Shown here: positions 50,744 to 61,447 of the stretch, piece after piece
Position numbering within the stretch: the stretch's first letter is position 1
How the letters are laid out: every line of letters begins with the position of its first letter
NCBI GenBank assembly: GCA_963792585.1
Contig: CAWBWI010000001.1
Location: 640,001-704,000, forward strand
Direction: 5' to 3'
DNA length: 64,000 nt
Source: Candidatus Eiseniibacteriota bacterium
GTDB lineage: Bacteria > Eisenbacteria > RBG-16-71-46 > CAIMUX01 > VGJL01
The notes under the pieces: generated by a model
Told to the model about the DNA's origin: nothing
Databases searched by the model: none
Seen by the model: the letters and a program-made list of their open reading frames with translations, nothing else
Made by a program: the position numbers and the translations under genes

Positions 50744-52351
50744 TTGGAGACTCTCGAGAGCAGGATCGACCTGAACGACCCGACCTATCGGGAGAACCAG
50801 GCCCATCATGCGAGCCTCCGTGACCAGCTCCGCTCGCGATTGGCCGTGATTCGCGAAGGCGGACCCGCCGAGTCGCGCGAGCGGCACGTCAAGCGGGGCA
50901 AGCTCCTGCCGCGCGATCGGATCACGAGGCTCTGTGATCCGGGAACCCCATTCCTCGAGTTGATGCCGCTGGCGGCGTACGAAATGTACGGAGGCGAGGT
51001 TCCCGCGGCGGGGATCGTGACCGGGATCGGTCGGGTCAGCGGACTCGAGTGCATGATCATCGTCAACGATGCGACCGTGAAGGGCGGAACCTACCATCCG
51101 ATCACGGTGCGCAAGCACGTCCGCGCCCAGGAGATCGCGCTCGAGAACGGCTTGCCCTGTGTCTACCTGGTCGACTCGGGCGGCGCGTTTCTGCCGCTTC
51201 AGGCCGAGGTCTTCCCGGACGAGAAGCACTTCGGGAGGATCTTCTACAACCAGGCCCAGATGAGCGCGGCGGGGATTCCGCAGGTGGCCGCGGTGCTCGG
51301 CTCCTGCACGGCGGGAGGCGCCTACGTTCCCGCGATGAGCGACGAGACCGTCATCGTCCGCAATCAGGGGACGATCTTCCTCGCGGGGCCGCCCCTGGTG
51401 AAGGCGGCGACGGGTGAGGAAGTCACGGCGGAAGACCTGGGTGGCGCGGAAGTCCACTGCAAGGTCTCGGGCGTGGCCGACCACATCGCCGACGATGACG
51501 CGCATGCTCTGGATACGGTGCGGGAGATCCTGGCGCACGCCAACCGCGCAACGGCGTCGACGGCGGTCGTCGCCCCGCCGGAAGACCCTCAGTATGACCC
51601 GGCGGAGATCCTCGGGATCCTGCCGAAGGATCTGCGTCATCCCTTCGATGTGCGCGAGATCCTGGCGCGGCTGCTCGACGGTAGCCGGTTCCACGAGTTC
51701 AAGAGGCTGTATGGATCGACCCTCGTGTGCGGTTTCGGCCGAATCCACGGCTACCCGGTCGGGATCCTGGCGAACAACGGCGTCCTCTTCTCGGAGAGCG
51801 CCCTGAAGGGGACGCACTTCATCGAGCTGGCGAGCCAGCGAAAGATCCCCCTTCTCTTCCTGCAGAACATCACCGGCTTCATGGTGGGGCGACGGTACGA
51901 GTCGGGCGGCATCGCCAAAGACGGCGCGAAGCTCGTGCAAGCGGTTGCGACGAGCGCGGTGCCGAAGATCACCGTGATCATCGGCGGATCGTTTGGCGCG
52001 GGGAATTACGGCATGTGCGGCCGCGCGTTTGCGCCGCGATTCCTGTTCATGTGGCCCAACGCGCGGATCTCCGTCATGGGGGGCGAGCAGGCCGCCGGCG
52101 TTCTGGTCACGGTCAAGCGGGATCAGTTGTCCGTACGCGGCGAGAAGCTGTCCGCCCAGGATGAGGCCGCGATCACGAGGCCCATCCTCGAGAAGTACGA
52201 AACCGAGGGGAATCCGTACTACAGCTCGGCCCGACTCTGGGACGACGGAATCCTCGACCCGCTCGAGACGCGAAGGGTCCTCGCCCTCTGCCTCTCGACG
52301 GTCCTGGGCCGACCGGTCGGCGAGAGCCGCTTCCCGGTCTTCCGGATGTAG
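50744..52351 (+). CDS. liuB: Methylcrotonyl-CoA carboxylase beta subunit
   Basis: [44 protein letters not shown]. Confidence 0.92.
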   Translation: METLESRIDLNDPTYRENQAHHASLRDQLRSRLAVIREGGPAESRERHVKRGKLLPRDRITRLCDPGTPFLELMPLAAYEMYGGEVPAAGIVTGIGRVSGLECMIIVNDATVKGGTYHPITVRKHVRAQEIALENGLPCVYLVDSGGAFLPLQAEVFPDEKHFGRIFYNQAQMSAAGIPQVAAVLGSCTAGGAYVPAMSDETVIVRNQGTIFLAGPPLVKAATGEEVTAEDLGGAEVHCKVSGVADHIADDDAHALDTVREILAHANRATASTAVVAPPEDPQYDPAEILGILPKDLRHPFDVREILARLLDGSRFHEFKRLYGSTLVCGFGRIHGYPVGILANNGVLFSESALKGTHFIELASQRKIPLLFLQNITGFMVGRRYESGGIAKDGAKLVQAVATSAVPKITVIIGGSFGAGNYGMCGRAFAPRFLFMWPNARISVMGGEQAAGVLVTVKRDQLSVRGEKLSAQDEAAITRPILEKYETEGNPYYSSARLWDDGILDPLETRRVLALCLSTVLGRPVGESRFPVFRM

Positions 52352-52359
52352 GGGGGTCG

Positions 52360-53154
52360 ATGACCGCTGGAATCACTCTGGTCCGGGAGGGAGACGTCGC
52401 GCGCGTCCGGCTGACGCGCGCGGATCGCCGCAACGCGCTCGACGAAGCGATGATCGCAGGTCTCCGCGAGGCATTCGCATCGATCGAATCCGGCCCGGAT
52501 GTGCGCGTGGTCGTGATCGAGGGGGAGGGCGAGGCCTTCTGTGCGGGGGCTGACCTTGCGTGGATGCAGCGGATCGGGGAGGCGGATCGGGAGACCAACC
52601 GCCTCGACGCGCTGAACATCTCGGCGATGTTCCGTGGCGTCGCCGACTGCCCCTTTCCCGTGCTGGCCCGCGTGCATGGCGCCGCGCTGGGCGGTGGGGC
52701 CGGGCTCGCGGCGGCCGCGGACATCGCCGTTGCCGATTCCAAGGCGGTATTCGGTTTCACGGAGGTCCGCCTCGGGATCGTCCCCGCCGTGATCTCCCCG
52801 TTCGTCCTGCGAAAGGTGGGAGCGGGGGATGCGCGACGGTATTTCCTCACCGGAGAACGATTCTCCGCCGCCGAGGCGCTGCGGATCGGGCTCGTGCAGG
52901 TCACCGCGGAGCCCGACGCGCTCGACGCGACCGTCGATCGGCTCATTGGAGAACTGCTGGCCGGTGGACCCGTGGCGCAACGAGAGGTCAAATCGCTCAT
53001 CGAGCGATTACGCGGGACGAAGGAGGAGGAGCAATCGGCGCTGACCGCCGACCTCATCGCCCGCCTCCGCGCCTCGGATGAGGGCCGGGAGGGGATGCGC
53101 GCCTTCCTCGAGCGCCGGGCGCCGTCGTGGGCGCCTCGGAAGGAGGGTCGATGA
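52360..53154 (+). CDS. liuC: Methylglutaconyl-CoA hydratase (crotonase family)
   Basis: FCAGADL, ALGGGAGL, EVRLGIVPAVISP; context. Confidence 0.85.
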   Translation: MTAGITLVREGDVARVRLTRADRRNALDEAMIAGLREAFASIESGPDVRVVVIEGEGEAFCAGADLAWMQRIGEADRETNRLDALNISAMFRGVADCPFPVLARVHGAALGGGAGLAAAADIAVADSKAVFGFTEVRLGIVPAVISPFVLRKVGAGDARRYFLTGERFSAAEALRIGLVQVTAEPDALDATVDRLIGELLAGGPVAQREVKSLIERLRGTKEEEQSALTADLIARLRASDEGREGMRAFLERRAPSWAPRKEGR

Positions 53155-54650
53155 TCCGGCGACTCCTCGTAGCGAATCGTGGTGAGATCGCCGTGCGCGT
53201 GATCCGGGGGGCGCGCGAGCTTGGGATCGAGACCGTCGCGGTCTATTCCGAAGCCGATCGGCAAGCGCTGCACGTGCGGACCGCCGATCGCGCGGTCGCG
53301 ATCGGCCCGCCGCCGGCGCGCGACAGCTACCTGAACATCGAGGCCGTGCTGGGGGCCGCGCGCACGACCGGGTGCGACGCGCTGCATCCCGGCTACGGCT
53401 TCCTGGCTGAGTCGGCGGATTTCGCGGAAGCCTGCGCGGCCGCAGGGCTGATCTTCGTCGGTCCGCCGGCGGAGGCGATGCGGGCGCTGGGAGACAAGAA
53501 GAGAGCCCGTGCGCTTGCCGAGAAGGCGGGTTTGCCCGTTGTGCCCGGCTACTCGGGGGCGACGGACGATGTCAAGACGCTGACCGAGCGTGCCCTCGCC
53601 GTGGGCTTTCCCCTGCTCGTCAAGGCGTCCGCCGGAGGCGGCGGCAAGGGAATGCGCAAGGTCGACCGAGTCGAGGATCTTCCGGACGCCCTCGCCTCGG
53701 CGCGGCGTGAGGCGGAGGCGGCCTTCGGGGACGGGATGCTCCTGCTCGAACGCTATCTCGATCCGGTTCGCCACGTGGAGATCCAGATCATTGCCGATGC
53801 GCAGGGAAACGTCGTCTCCTTCGGGGAGAGGGACTGCTCCCTGCAGCGACGGCATCAGAAGATCGTCGAAGAGGCGCCCTCTCCGGCCGTCGGCCACGAA
53901 CTTCGTATGCGGATGGGGGAAGCGGCGGTCGCGCTCGCTCGAACCGCCGGGTATCGCTCGGCCGGAACGGTCGAATTCATGCTCGATGGCGACGGGCATT
54001 TCTACTTCCTGGAGGTGAACACCCGCCTGCAGGTGGAGCATCCCGTCACGGAGCTGATCACGGGATACGATCTCGTGCAGATGATGTTGCGCGAGGCGGT
54101 GGGGGAACCGCTGCGGGTCCACAAGCGCCAGATTGCTCCGCGCGGACACGCGATCGAGGCGCGCATCTACGCCGAGGATCCGGAGAACGGCTTTCTCCCC
54201 TCACCAGGGCCGATCCTCTTCGCGCGGATGCCGGCCGGGCCGGGAATCCGCGTCGATGCGGGCATTGCCACGGGGTGCGAGGTCAGCGTGCACTACGATC
54301 CGATCCTGGCGAAGGTCGTCGCGCATCACGAGGACCGGGAGGGCGCGATCCGGCGACTTCGACGCGCGCTCGCGGAGACGATCATCTTGGGGGTCCGCAC
54401 CAACCTCCCGTTCCTGCAGGCCGTTCTCGCGCACCCGGAATTCGAAAGGGGCGCGGCGAATACCCGCACGGTCGAGCGTTCGTTCGGAGGCTGGCAAGCT
54501 ATGACGGCTCCGCCCCCCCCGGTCGTGCTCGCTGCGGCTGCTTTCACGGAGATGACCGGCTCCAAGCGGACCCCGGGGAGAACGCCCGGGGAAGCGGCCG
54601 CGTACTCGCCGTGGAACGGGCCGGAGTTTCGTATCGGAGAGTCGGCATGA
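53151..54650 (+). CDS. liuD: Biotin carboxylase subunit of MCC
   Basis: ANRGEIA, HPGYGFLAE, GGGGKGMR, RDCSLQRRHQK, EVNTRLQVEH. Confidence 0.9.
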   Translation: MIRRLLVANRGEIAVRVIRGARELGIETVAVYSEADRQALHVRTADRAVAIGPPPARDSYLNIEAVLGAARTTGCDALHPGYGFLAESADFAEACAAAGLIFVGPPAEAMRALGDKKRARALAEKAGLPVVPGYSGATDDVKTLTERALAVGFPLLVKASAGGGGKGMRKVDRVEDLPDALASARREAEAAFGDGMLLLERYLDPVRHVEIQIIADAQGNVVSFGERDCSLQRRHQKIVEEAPSPAVGHELRMRMGEAAVALARTAGYRSAGTVEFMLDGDGHFYFLEVNTRLQVEHPVTELITGYDLVQMMLREAVGEPLRVHKRQIAPRGHAIEARIYAEDPENGFLPSPGPILFARMPAGPGIRVDAGIATGCEVSVHYDPILAKVVAHHEDREGAIRRLRRALAETIILGVRTNLPFLQAVLAHPEFERGAANTRTVERSFGGWQAMTAPPPPVVLAAAAFTEMTGSKRTPGRTPGEAAAYSPWNGPEFRIGESA

Positions 54651-55159
54651 GAATCGATCGCACCTATGGTTGGGGATGGGGGGACGTGACGATCGAGGCT
54701 TCCTGCGAGGGGCGCGAACTCCTGCTCCGGGTCGACGGAGCGGAGCATTCTTTCTCGATCGATGAGCCGGAAGCCTGCGTCCAGTTTCTCCGTTCCGAAT
54801 CGGGGACCGATTCGATCGCCGCGGTTGATCGTGACGGCAAGATCTGGATCCACCACCTGGGGCAAACCTACTGTCTCGAAGCGCGGAGTCAGAAGCGCCG
54901 AAGCGCGGGTGTGGCCGCCGGTCGTCTCGGGCCGATCGAGTCTCCCATGACCGGGACGGTGCGGCGCGTCCTGGCCGCAAAGGGACAATCGGTCGCGCAG
55001 GGGGAACCGCTCGTCGTCCTGGAGGCGATGAAGATGGAACTCAGCGTGCGCGCCCCCGTGGCCGGCCGGGTCGGGTCGGTCATGGCCAGCGAGGGAGAAC
55101 GCGTAGAGCAGGGAAGCGTTCTCCTCGTGCTCCTGCCTCTCACGGAGGATGGGGCGTGA
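54647..55159 (+). CDS. Biotin carboxyl carrier protein (separate MCC alpha C-terminal module)
   Basis: SPMTG, EAMKME biotinylation motif. Confidence 0.9.
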   Translation: MRIDRTYGWGWGDVTIEASCEGRELLLRVDGAEHSFSIDEPEACVQFLRSESGTDSIAAVDRDGKIWIHHLGQTYCLEARSQKRRSAGVAAGRLGPIESPMTGTVRRVLAAKGQSVAQGEPLVVLEAMKMELSVRAPVAGRVGSVMASEGERVEQGSVLLVLLPLTEDGA

Positions 55160-56063
55160 CCCGCGCGACCCCCGATCGCGTTCGCATCGTCGAGGTCGGC
55201 CCTCGGGACGGCCTCCAGAACGAGTATGGGACGGTCCCCGTCGAGATTCGCGTGCGCTTCATCGAGCAGCTGGTGGCGGCGGGACTGACGGAGATCGAGG
55301 TCGGCAGCTTCGTTCGCCCCAGTGGGTGCCGCAGATGGCCGATACCGATGATGTGGTCCGTAGGCTCCCGCCCGCGCCCGGGGTCACCTATTCCGCGCTC
55401 GTCCCCAACGAGAAGGGCATGCTGCGCGCGATGGCCTCCGGGCTCCGATCGGTCGCGGTCTTCACGGCCGCAAGCGAGACCTTCAACCTCAAGAACACCA
55501 ACGCCGATTGCAAGTCGCTCGAACGATTCCGGCCCGTCCTGGACCTTGCTCGTGGCGAACGGATCCACGTGCGCGGGTACGTGTCGACGGCCTTCGCCTG
55601 CCCCTACGAGGGACCGATTCCGCCCGCGCAGGCCGTCGAGGTGTCCCAGCGTCTGTTCGAGATGGGCGTGGACGAGGTGTCGGTCGGCGACACGATCGGC
55701 ATGGCCACGCCGCGCGACGTGCGGGCGTTCATCGCCGCCGCGGATGGGACCCTGGATCCGGCGAAACTCGCCTTCCACTTCCACGACACCCGAGGAATCG
55801 CTCTCGCCAACGTACTGACCGCCATCGAGGATGGGTTCGCGATCTTCGACGCATCGGCCGGAGGACTCGGAGGGTGCCCCTACGCGCCGGGGGCGAGCGG
55901 CAATCTCGCGACCGAGGATCTTGTCTACATGCTCGCCGGGATGGGGATCGCGACGGGGGTGGACCTGAACCTACTCGCCGCGGCCTCGAGCACGATCGAG
56001 CGCTCCCTGGATCACCCCCTTCCCTCCAAGGCGTACCGCGCCCTGCGCGCGTGCCAAGCCTGA
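55156..56063 (+). CDS. liuE: Hydroxymethylglutaryl-CoA lyase (frameshift ~55318)
   Basis: EVGPRDGLQNE in one frame; WVPQMAD, HFHDTRG, GGCPYAPGASGN in another. Confidence 0.9.
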
Positions 56064-56073
56064 GTCCCATGCG

Positions 56074-56102
56074 TTGCAGAGATCAAAGAAATGGGCTATT
56101 CT
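56074..56102 (+). promoter_or_regulatory. Possible sigma70-type promoter for dnaJ
   Basis: TTGCAG-N17-TATTCT in an AT-richer intergenic gap. Confidence 0.45.
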
Positions 56103-56156
56103 CAGACGATTGTGCCCGTCGGGAGGCCCGGCAGGCGTCTCAAGGAGGTTCTCTAG

Positions 56157-57310
56157 TTGGCGAAGCGCGACTTCTATGAAGTCCTCGGGGTCGAACGGGA
56201 ACCGACGCCCGACGCGATAAAGAAGGCCTACCGCAAGCTGGCCATCCAGCACCACCCGGACAGCAATCCCGGCGACAAGACCGCCGAGGAGACGTTCAAG
56301 GAGGTGACGGAGGCCTACGAAGTCCTCTCCGACGAACAGAAGCGCTCCGCCTACGACCAGTACGGCCACGCGGGGGTCGACCCGAGCTATTCGGGAGGCG
56401 GCCCCGGGCCCGGGGGGTTCGGATTCGACCTGTCCGACGCCCTGCGCGCCTTCATGCGGGAGTTCGGCTGGTTCGGCTCGAGGTTCGAAGGGGACGACGG
56501 CTTCGGGCGATCGCGTGAGAGCCGCGGAGCCGACATCCAGGTAAGGGTCCGCCTGACCCTCGAGGAGATCGCCGAAGGCGTCGAGAAGAAGATCCGCTTG
56601 AAGAAGGCGGTCGTCTGCTCCCACTGCAAGGGCAAGGGGGCGGAGCCCGGCAGTTCGGTCATCACATGCACCCAGTGTGAGGGCCAGGGGCAAGTCCGTC
56701 AGGTCCAGCGTTCCTTCTTCGGTCAGATCGTCAACGTGACGACCTGTCCGCGTTGCCGCGGCGAAGGAGAGATCGTCCGCAACCCGTGCAAGCCGTGCGG
56801 TGGTGAAGGGAAGGTCGAAGGGAGCGAGACCGTGGCGGTCAAGATCCCCGCGGGAGTCATGGAAGGCAACTACATGACGCTCCGCGGCCACGGCCACATC
56901 GGCTACCGGGGCGCGTCGCCCGGGGATCTGATCGTCGTCATCGAGGAGAAGCCCCACGAGATCTTCGAACGGCACGGCGAGATATCCTGACGCGGATCAC
57001 GATCACGCCCGCGATGGCGGCCCTCGGCACGAAGGTGGACGTTCCGACGCTCACCGGGCGGGCCATCGTGGAGATCCCTCACTCGATTCAGGCGGGAAAG
57101 GTCCTGCGCCTTCGCGGCAAGGGGACTGAAGTCTCTGCGCGGTTCCGAGCAGGGCGATGAGCTGATCCGGGTCGAGATCCGGGTACCGGAGAAGCTCTCC
57201 GGCCAGGAGCGCGAGCTGTACGAGGAGCTGCCGCCGGCTCGAGGGCGATCATCCCGCCGAAGGCGGAGCGGGGGTTCTTCGAGCGGGTTCGGGATGCATT
57301 CTCGGGCTGA
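56157..57310 (+). CDS. dnaJ: Chaperone DnaJ (frameshifts after ~56980)
   Basis: HPD motif, four CxxCxGxG repeats; C-terminal AALGTKVDVPTL, VLRLRGKG, GFFERVRDAFSG* in shifted frames. Confidence 0.93.
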
Positions 57311-57314
57311 GACG

Positions 57315-58062
57315 ATGGCGCGGGATCCCCATCCATTCCTCGTCGCCCCCGGATCGCTTCGACGCCCGACGGCCGGGTGCGTTTCCCGGCCGACGAGGCG
57401 CATCACGCCCGACGCGTCGTGCGCCTCGGATCCGGAGACGAGTGTCGGGTCGTCGATGGTCGCGGCGGGCTCTTTCGGGTCCGTCTGGAGGAGGACGCGA
57501 GCGAACTCGTCCGGCGGATCCTCGAGACGTCGCGGGAAGCGCGCGGCGAGCCGCTCGCGGTGCTGGGGTTTCCGGTCCTGCGGCAGCACGCGCGCGCGGA
57601 CTGGCTGATCGAGAAAGCGGTCGAGGTCGGGATCGATCGTCTCATACCGGTCGCGTGGGAACGAATCGATAAAGGGCGCGACGGCGGATCAACGGCGCCG
57701 GTGGGAGCGGATCGCGCGCGAGGCGATGAAGCAGTCGGAGCGCGGGTGGCTCCCGGGCATCGGTCCGAGAGGCGACCCCGAGCGAGCTGCCTCGGGACCA
57801 GCGGATGGTCCTCGCAGACCCTGAAGGGGAAGCGGATTTGCCCGATCTGACGGAGGCCTCCTCGGTGATGCTCTTGGTCGGTCCGGAGGGCGGGCTGACC
57901 GATGACGAGAAGCGGATGATGATCGAACGCGGTTGCGCGCTCTGGTCGTTGGGCCCGACACGCCTGAGGGCGGAGACCGCTGCCGTTGTTGGATCGCACA
58001 GACTCACCTGCGCCGCGCGCGCGTCGCGGGCACGGACGAGACCCGTGGAAGGGGGACGTTGA
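57315..58062 (+). CDS. rsmE: 16S rRNA m3U1498 methyltransferase (several frameshifts)
   Basis: EAHHARRVVRL, IEKAVEVG, EAMKQS, VGPEGG, LGPTRLRAETAA across frames. Confidence 0.88.
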
Positions 58063-58066
58063 GACC

Positions 58067-59578
58067 ATGTCATTGACCGAGGAACAGGTTCGCCTCCTGA
58101 AGACACTGGCGGCCCTTCCCGACGGAGAACGGGTGGACGCGCTGGCCGCACGGCTGGAGATCGACCAGGCGCGGGTATCGGCCGCTTCCGTCCAGCTTCG
58201 GGATGCGGGATTCGTGCGGATCGAGGAGGAGCCGTTCCGCGAGCTGGCCATCCGGCCGGATGGGCGACGCTCCGCCAGCGAGGGGTTCCCCGAACGACGG
58301 GTCCTTCGAGCGTTGATCGCAGGTGGAGGAGCCCTTTCTATGGCCGATGCCGCCGCGAAGAGCGGACTCGAGGCCAAGGAGGTCGGGGGCAGCCTGCGTT
58401 GGCTGACAGGTCGTGGCTGGGCGCGGAAGGACGGCTCTCTCCTGCACGCCCTCGTTTCGGAGCCGGAGCCTTGCGCCGATGAGCGGCTCATCGCGGAACT
58501 CGATCGGCGCGAGAAGGCGCCGGAAGCCGACCTTCGCGCCGCCGGCCTTCCCGTTGACGAGGCGATCGAGTTGCTCAAGGGGCGCGCGAGCTGGTGCGAG
58601 GTGCGCGAAAAGGTCCATCGCCGCGTCGTCCTCGAAGAGGCGGGCAGGAAGATGGCCTCGGCCGATCTGAGGGCGACGACCGAGGTAACTCAGTTGACGC
58701 CGGAACTGATCGCCTCGGGTCGTTGGCGCGAGGTGAGCGTGCGGGCCTACGACGTCCGACTCGCGACCGACCCGATCCACCCGGGAAAGCGCCACCCGTT
58801 GCAGCGGATCCTCGACGAGACTCGTCACAATTTCCTGGAGATGGGTTTTCAGGAGACGATCTCGCCGGTTGCGGAATCGGCCTTCTGGGATTTCGACGCC
58901 CTCTTCCAGCCGCAGGACCATCCCGCGCGGGAGATGCAGGACACCTTCTACCTCGCAGCCCCCGCCACGGCCGCATTGCCGTCGGACGCCAAGCTGGTCG
59001 ATGCCGTGCGGCGCGCGCACGAGGACGGGGGAGACACCGGATCGATCGGCTGGCAATACCGATGGGACGCGGATCGCGCGCGCCGGATGGTCCTGCGCAC
59101 GCATACGACCGCGACGACGATCCGATCGCTGGCTGCCGATCCCATCGGTCCGCGGCGCGTCTTCTCCGTCGGCAGGGTCTTCCGCAGCGAGACGATCGAC
59201 TACAAGCACCTGCCGGTGTTCCACCAGGTGGACGGGATCGTCATCGACGCGGATGCGTCCTTCGCGACGCTGCTGGGCACGCTCGCGGCGTTCTATCGGA
59301 AGATGGGCTTCGAGCAGTTGCAGTTCCGGCCGGCCTTCTTCCCGTACACCGAGCCGAGCGTGGAGGTCTACATTGGTTCGAAAGAGGAAGGATGGGTGGA
59401 GATGGGGGGGGCGGGCATCTTCCGCCCCGAGGTGACGGAGCCGCTGGGCTGCAAGCAGCCGGTGCTCGCCTGGGGCCTCGGCCTCGAGCGCTCGCCATGC
59501 TGCGCTACGACCTCTCGGACATCCGCGAACTCTACCGCCCGACACGGAGTGGTTGAAGGGGTGCCGCTATGCCGGTGA
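58067..59578 (+). CDS. pheS: Phenylalanyl-tRNA synthetase alpha subunit, archaeal/eukaryal type (~500 aa; indels near the 3' end)
   Basis: FDALFQPQDHPAREMQDTFY, LRTHTT, GRVFRSE, FHQVDG, FFPYTEPS, GAGIFRPE, AWGLGLER; long N-terminal extension. Confidence 0.93.
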   Translation: MSLTEEQVRLLKTLAALPDGERVDALAARLEIDQARVSAASVQLRDAGFVRIEEEPFRELAIRPDGRRSASEGFPERRVLRALIAGGGALSMADAAAKSGLEAKEVGGSLRWLTGRGWARKDGSLLHALVSEPEPCADERLIAELDRREKAPEADLRAAGLPVDEAIELLKGRASWCEVREKVHRRVVLEEAGRKMASADLRATTEVTQLTPELIASGRWREVSVRAYDVRLATDPIHPGKRHPLQRILDETRHNFLEMGFQETISPVAESAFWDFDALFQPQDHPAREMQDTFYLAAPATAALPSDAKLVDAVRRAHEDGGDTGSIGWQYRWDADRARRMVLRTHTTATTIRSLAADPIGPRRVFSVGRVFRSETIDYKHLPVFHQVDGIVIDADASFATLLGTLAAFYRKMGFEQLQFRPAFFPYTEPSVEVYIGSKEEGWVEMGGAGIFRPEVTEPLGCKQPVLAWGLGLERSPCCATTSRTSANSTARHGVVEGVPLCR

Positions 59579-61445
59579 TCGGAATCCCGCTCGATCTTCT
59601 GCGCAAGCGGCTCGGCGCCGACCTGCCGGGGGAGCGCCTCCTGCGCGTGCTGGAGCAGATCGGCTGCGACGTGGAAGGCTTCGCGCGCCTGAAGCGGACG
59701 CGTTGCCGCTCGTGCGGCTGGATCGAAGAGCGGACCGAGACCGAAGAGTCTCCGGCCCGTTGCGATCGCTGCGACGCGGACCACCGGCAGGATCCCGCCA
59801 GCATCGAGGATCTCGCCGACCTCGAGGTCGTCCGGATGGAACTCCTGGCCGTTCGGCCCGACATGTTCGATCCGGGCGGACTCGCCCGCGCGCTTCGCGG
59901 CTATCTCGAGCTCGAGACGGGGCCCGTCGGCTACGACGTGGGTCCCGCCGCGGCGCGTGTGCGGGTCGACCGAGCGTTCGCGATGCGCGATCCTCTCGGC
60001 CGTTCATCGCGTGCGCGGTGATCGAGGGCGCGCGGCTCGACGGCGACCTGGTCAAGGTCGTCATGAAGCTGCAGGAGAACCTCCACTGGGCGCTCGGCCG
60101 CGATCGCAAGCTCGCGTCGATCGGCGTCTACGATTTCGACACGATCGCGGCCGACCTCGAGTACTCCACGGAAGACCCGGATCAAGGCCGTTTCGTGCCG
60201 CTGGGAGCGACGGACGGGCAGGCGCGCACGTTGCGGGAGATCCTGGAGGAGCATCCGAAGGGTCGGGCCTACAAACACCTGCTGGAGAGCTTCGCGCGCT
60301 ATCCGATCCTGCGCGACTCTCGGGGGCAGGTGCTCTCGATGCCGCCGATCATCAACAGCGAGGAGACGAAGGTCCATCTGGGGAGCACGAGGCTCTTCAT
60401 CGACGTCACCGGCACCGGTGAGCGGATCGTTCAGCGGGCGCTGAACATCCTCGTCACGTCCCTCATGGAGAATCTGCCGGGCGTCAAGGCCCGCGCGGTC
60501 TCCATCGACGGCGCGAGCACGGAGGATGGGAAGGCGGGGCGTCCGGCGACCCTCTCCACGCCCGACCTCTCGCCCCAGAAGGCCCAGGTTCATGTCGAGG
60601 CCGCGTCGCGTCTGATCGGCGTTCCCATGACGACGGAGCAGGCGGCGAAGCTACTGGAGCGGATGCGCCATGGGGTGCGCACCGCCGGCACGGACCTGCT
60701 CGAGGTCGCGGTGCCTGCCTATCGAAATGACATCCTCCACGAGCGCGATCTGATGGAGGACCTCGCCATCGCCTATGGATACCACCGGATCGTCCCGGAG
60801 CTGCTCCCCGCGCGAACGGTGGGACGGGCCCTCCCGCTGGAGAATCTCACGGGGAACGTTCGCGACACGCTCTGCGGTCTCGGGTTCCACGAGGTGATGA
60901 CCCTGGTGCTCACCAACGACGAGGAGAGCGACCTGGCGCTCGGCAGGAACGTCGATGGCCGGGCCGTGCGGATCGAGAACCCGATCTCCGGAGAGCAAAC
61001 GCGGTTGCGGACCCGACTCATTCCCGGGCTCCTGCAAGTGTTCCGTCACAACCTCCACCAGCCGCTGCCGCAGCGGATCTTCGAGGTCGGGGACGTGACC
61101 TGGCTCGACCCCGAGGCCGAGACGGAAGCGGTCGAGCAACGGATGATCAGCTTCGCTCTGATCTCACCCAAGGCCGGATTCACCGACGCCCGGGCGCTGG
61201 CGGAGGCGATCGTGCGGGAGTTCGGCGTTGCGATCGACTGGGAGCCGGCGCAGGAAGCGCCTTTCCTGACGGGACGCTGCGCTCGGATCCGCACAACGGC
61301 GGGGGACCCGATCGGAATCCTCGGGGAGATTGACCCGGAGGTGCTCGAACGGCTCGGCCTCGAGAACCCCGTGGCGACGGGGGAACTCTGGCTCGAAGGC
61401 CTGGCGGGTCGCCCGCCGCGCCTCCAGTTCTCTCTCGACGATTGA
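59569..61445 (+). CDS. pheT: Phenylalanyl-tRNA synthetase beta subunit, archaeal/eukaryal type (frameshift ~59990)
   Basis: RPDMFDPGGLARALRGYL, LQENLH..LGRDRK..SIGVYD, MPPIINSE, VPAYRNDILHERDLMEDLAIAYGY, LPQRIFEVG. Confidence 0.92.
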
Positions 61446-61447
61446 GC

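Noticed and set aside
56064..56156. CIRCE element before dnaJ
   Set aside because: No TTAGCACTC-N9-GAGTGCTAA match
56988..56990. TGA ending the dnaJ ORF as possible Sec read-through, given selC
   Set aside because: DnaJ sequence continues in a different frame (DILTRITIT...), so this is an indel and not an in-frame UGA
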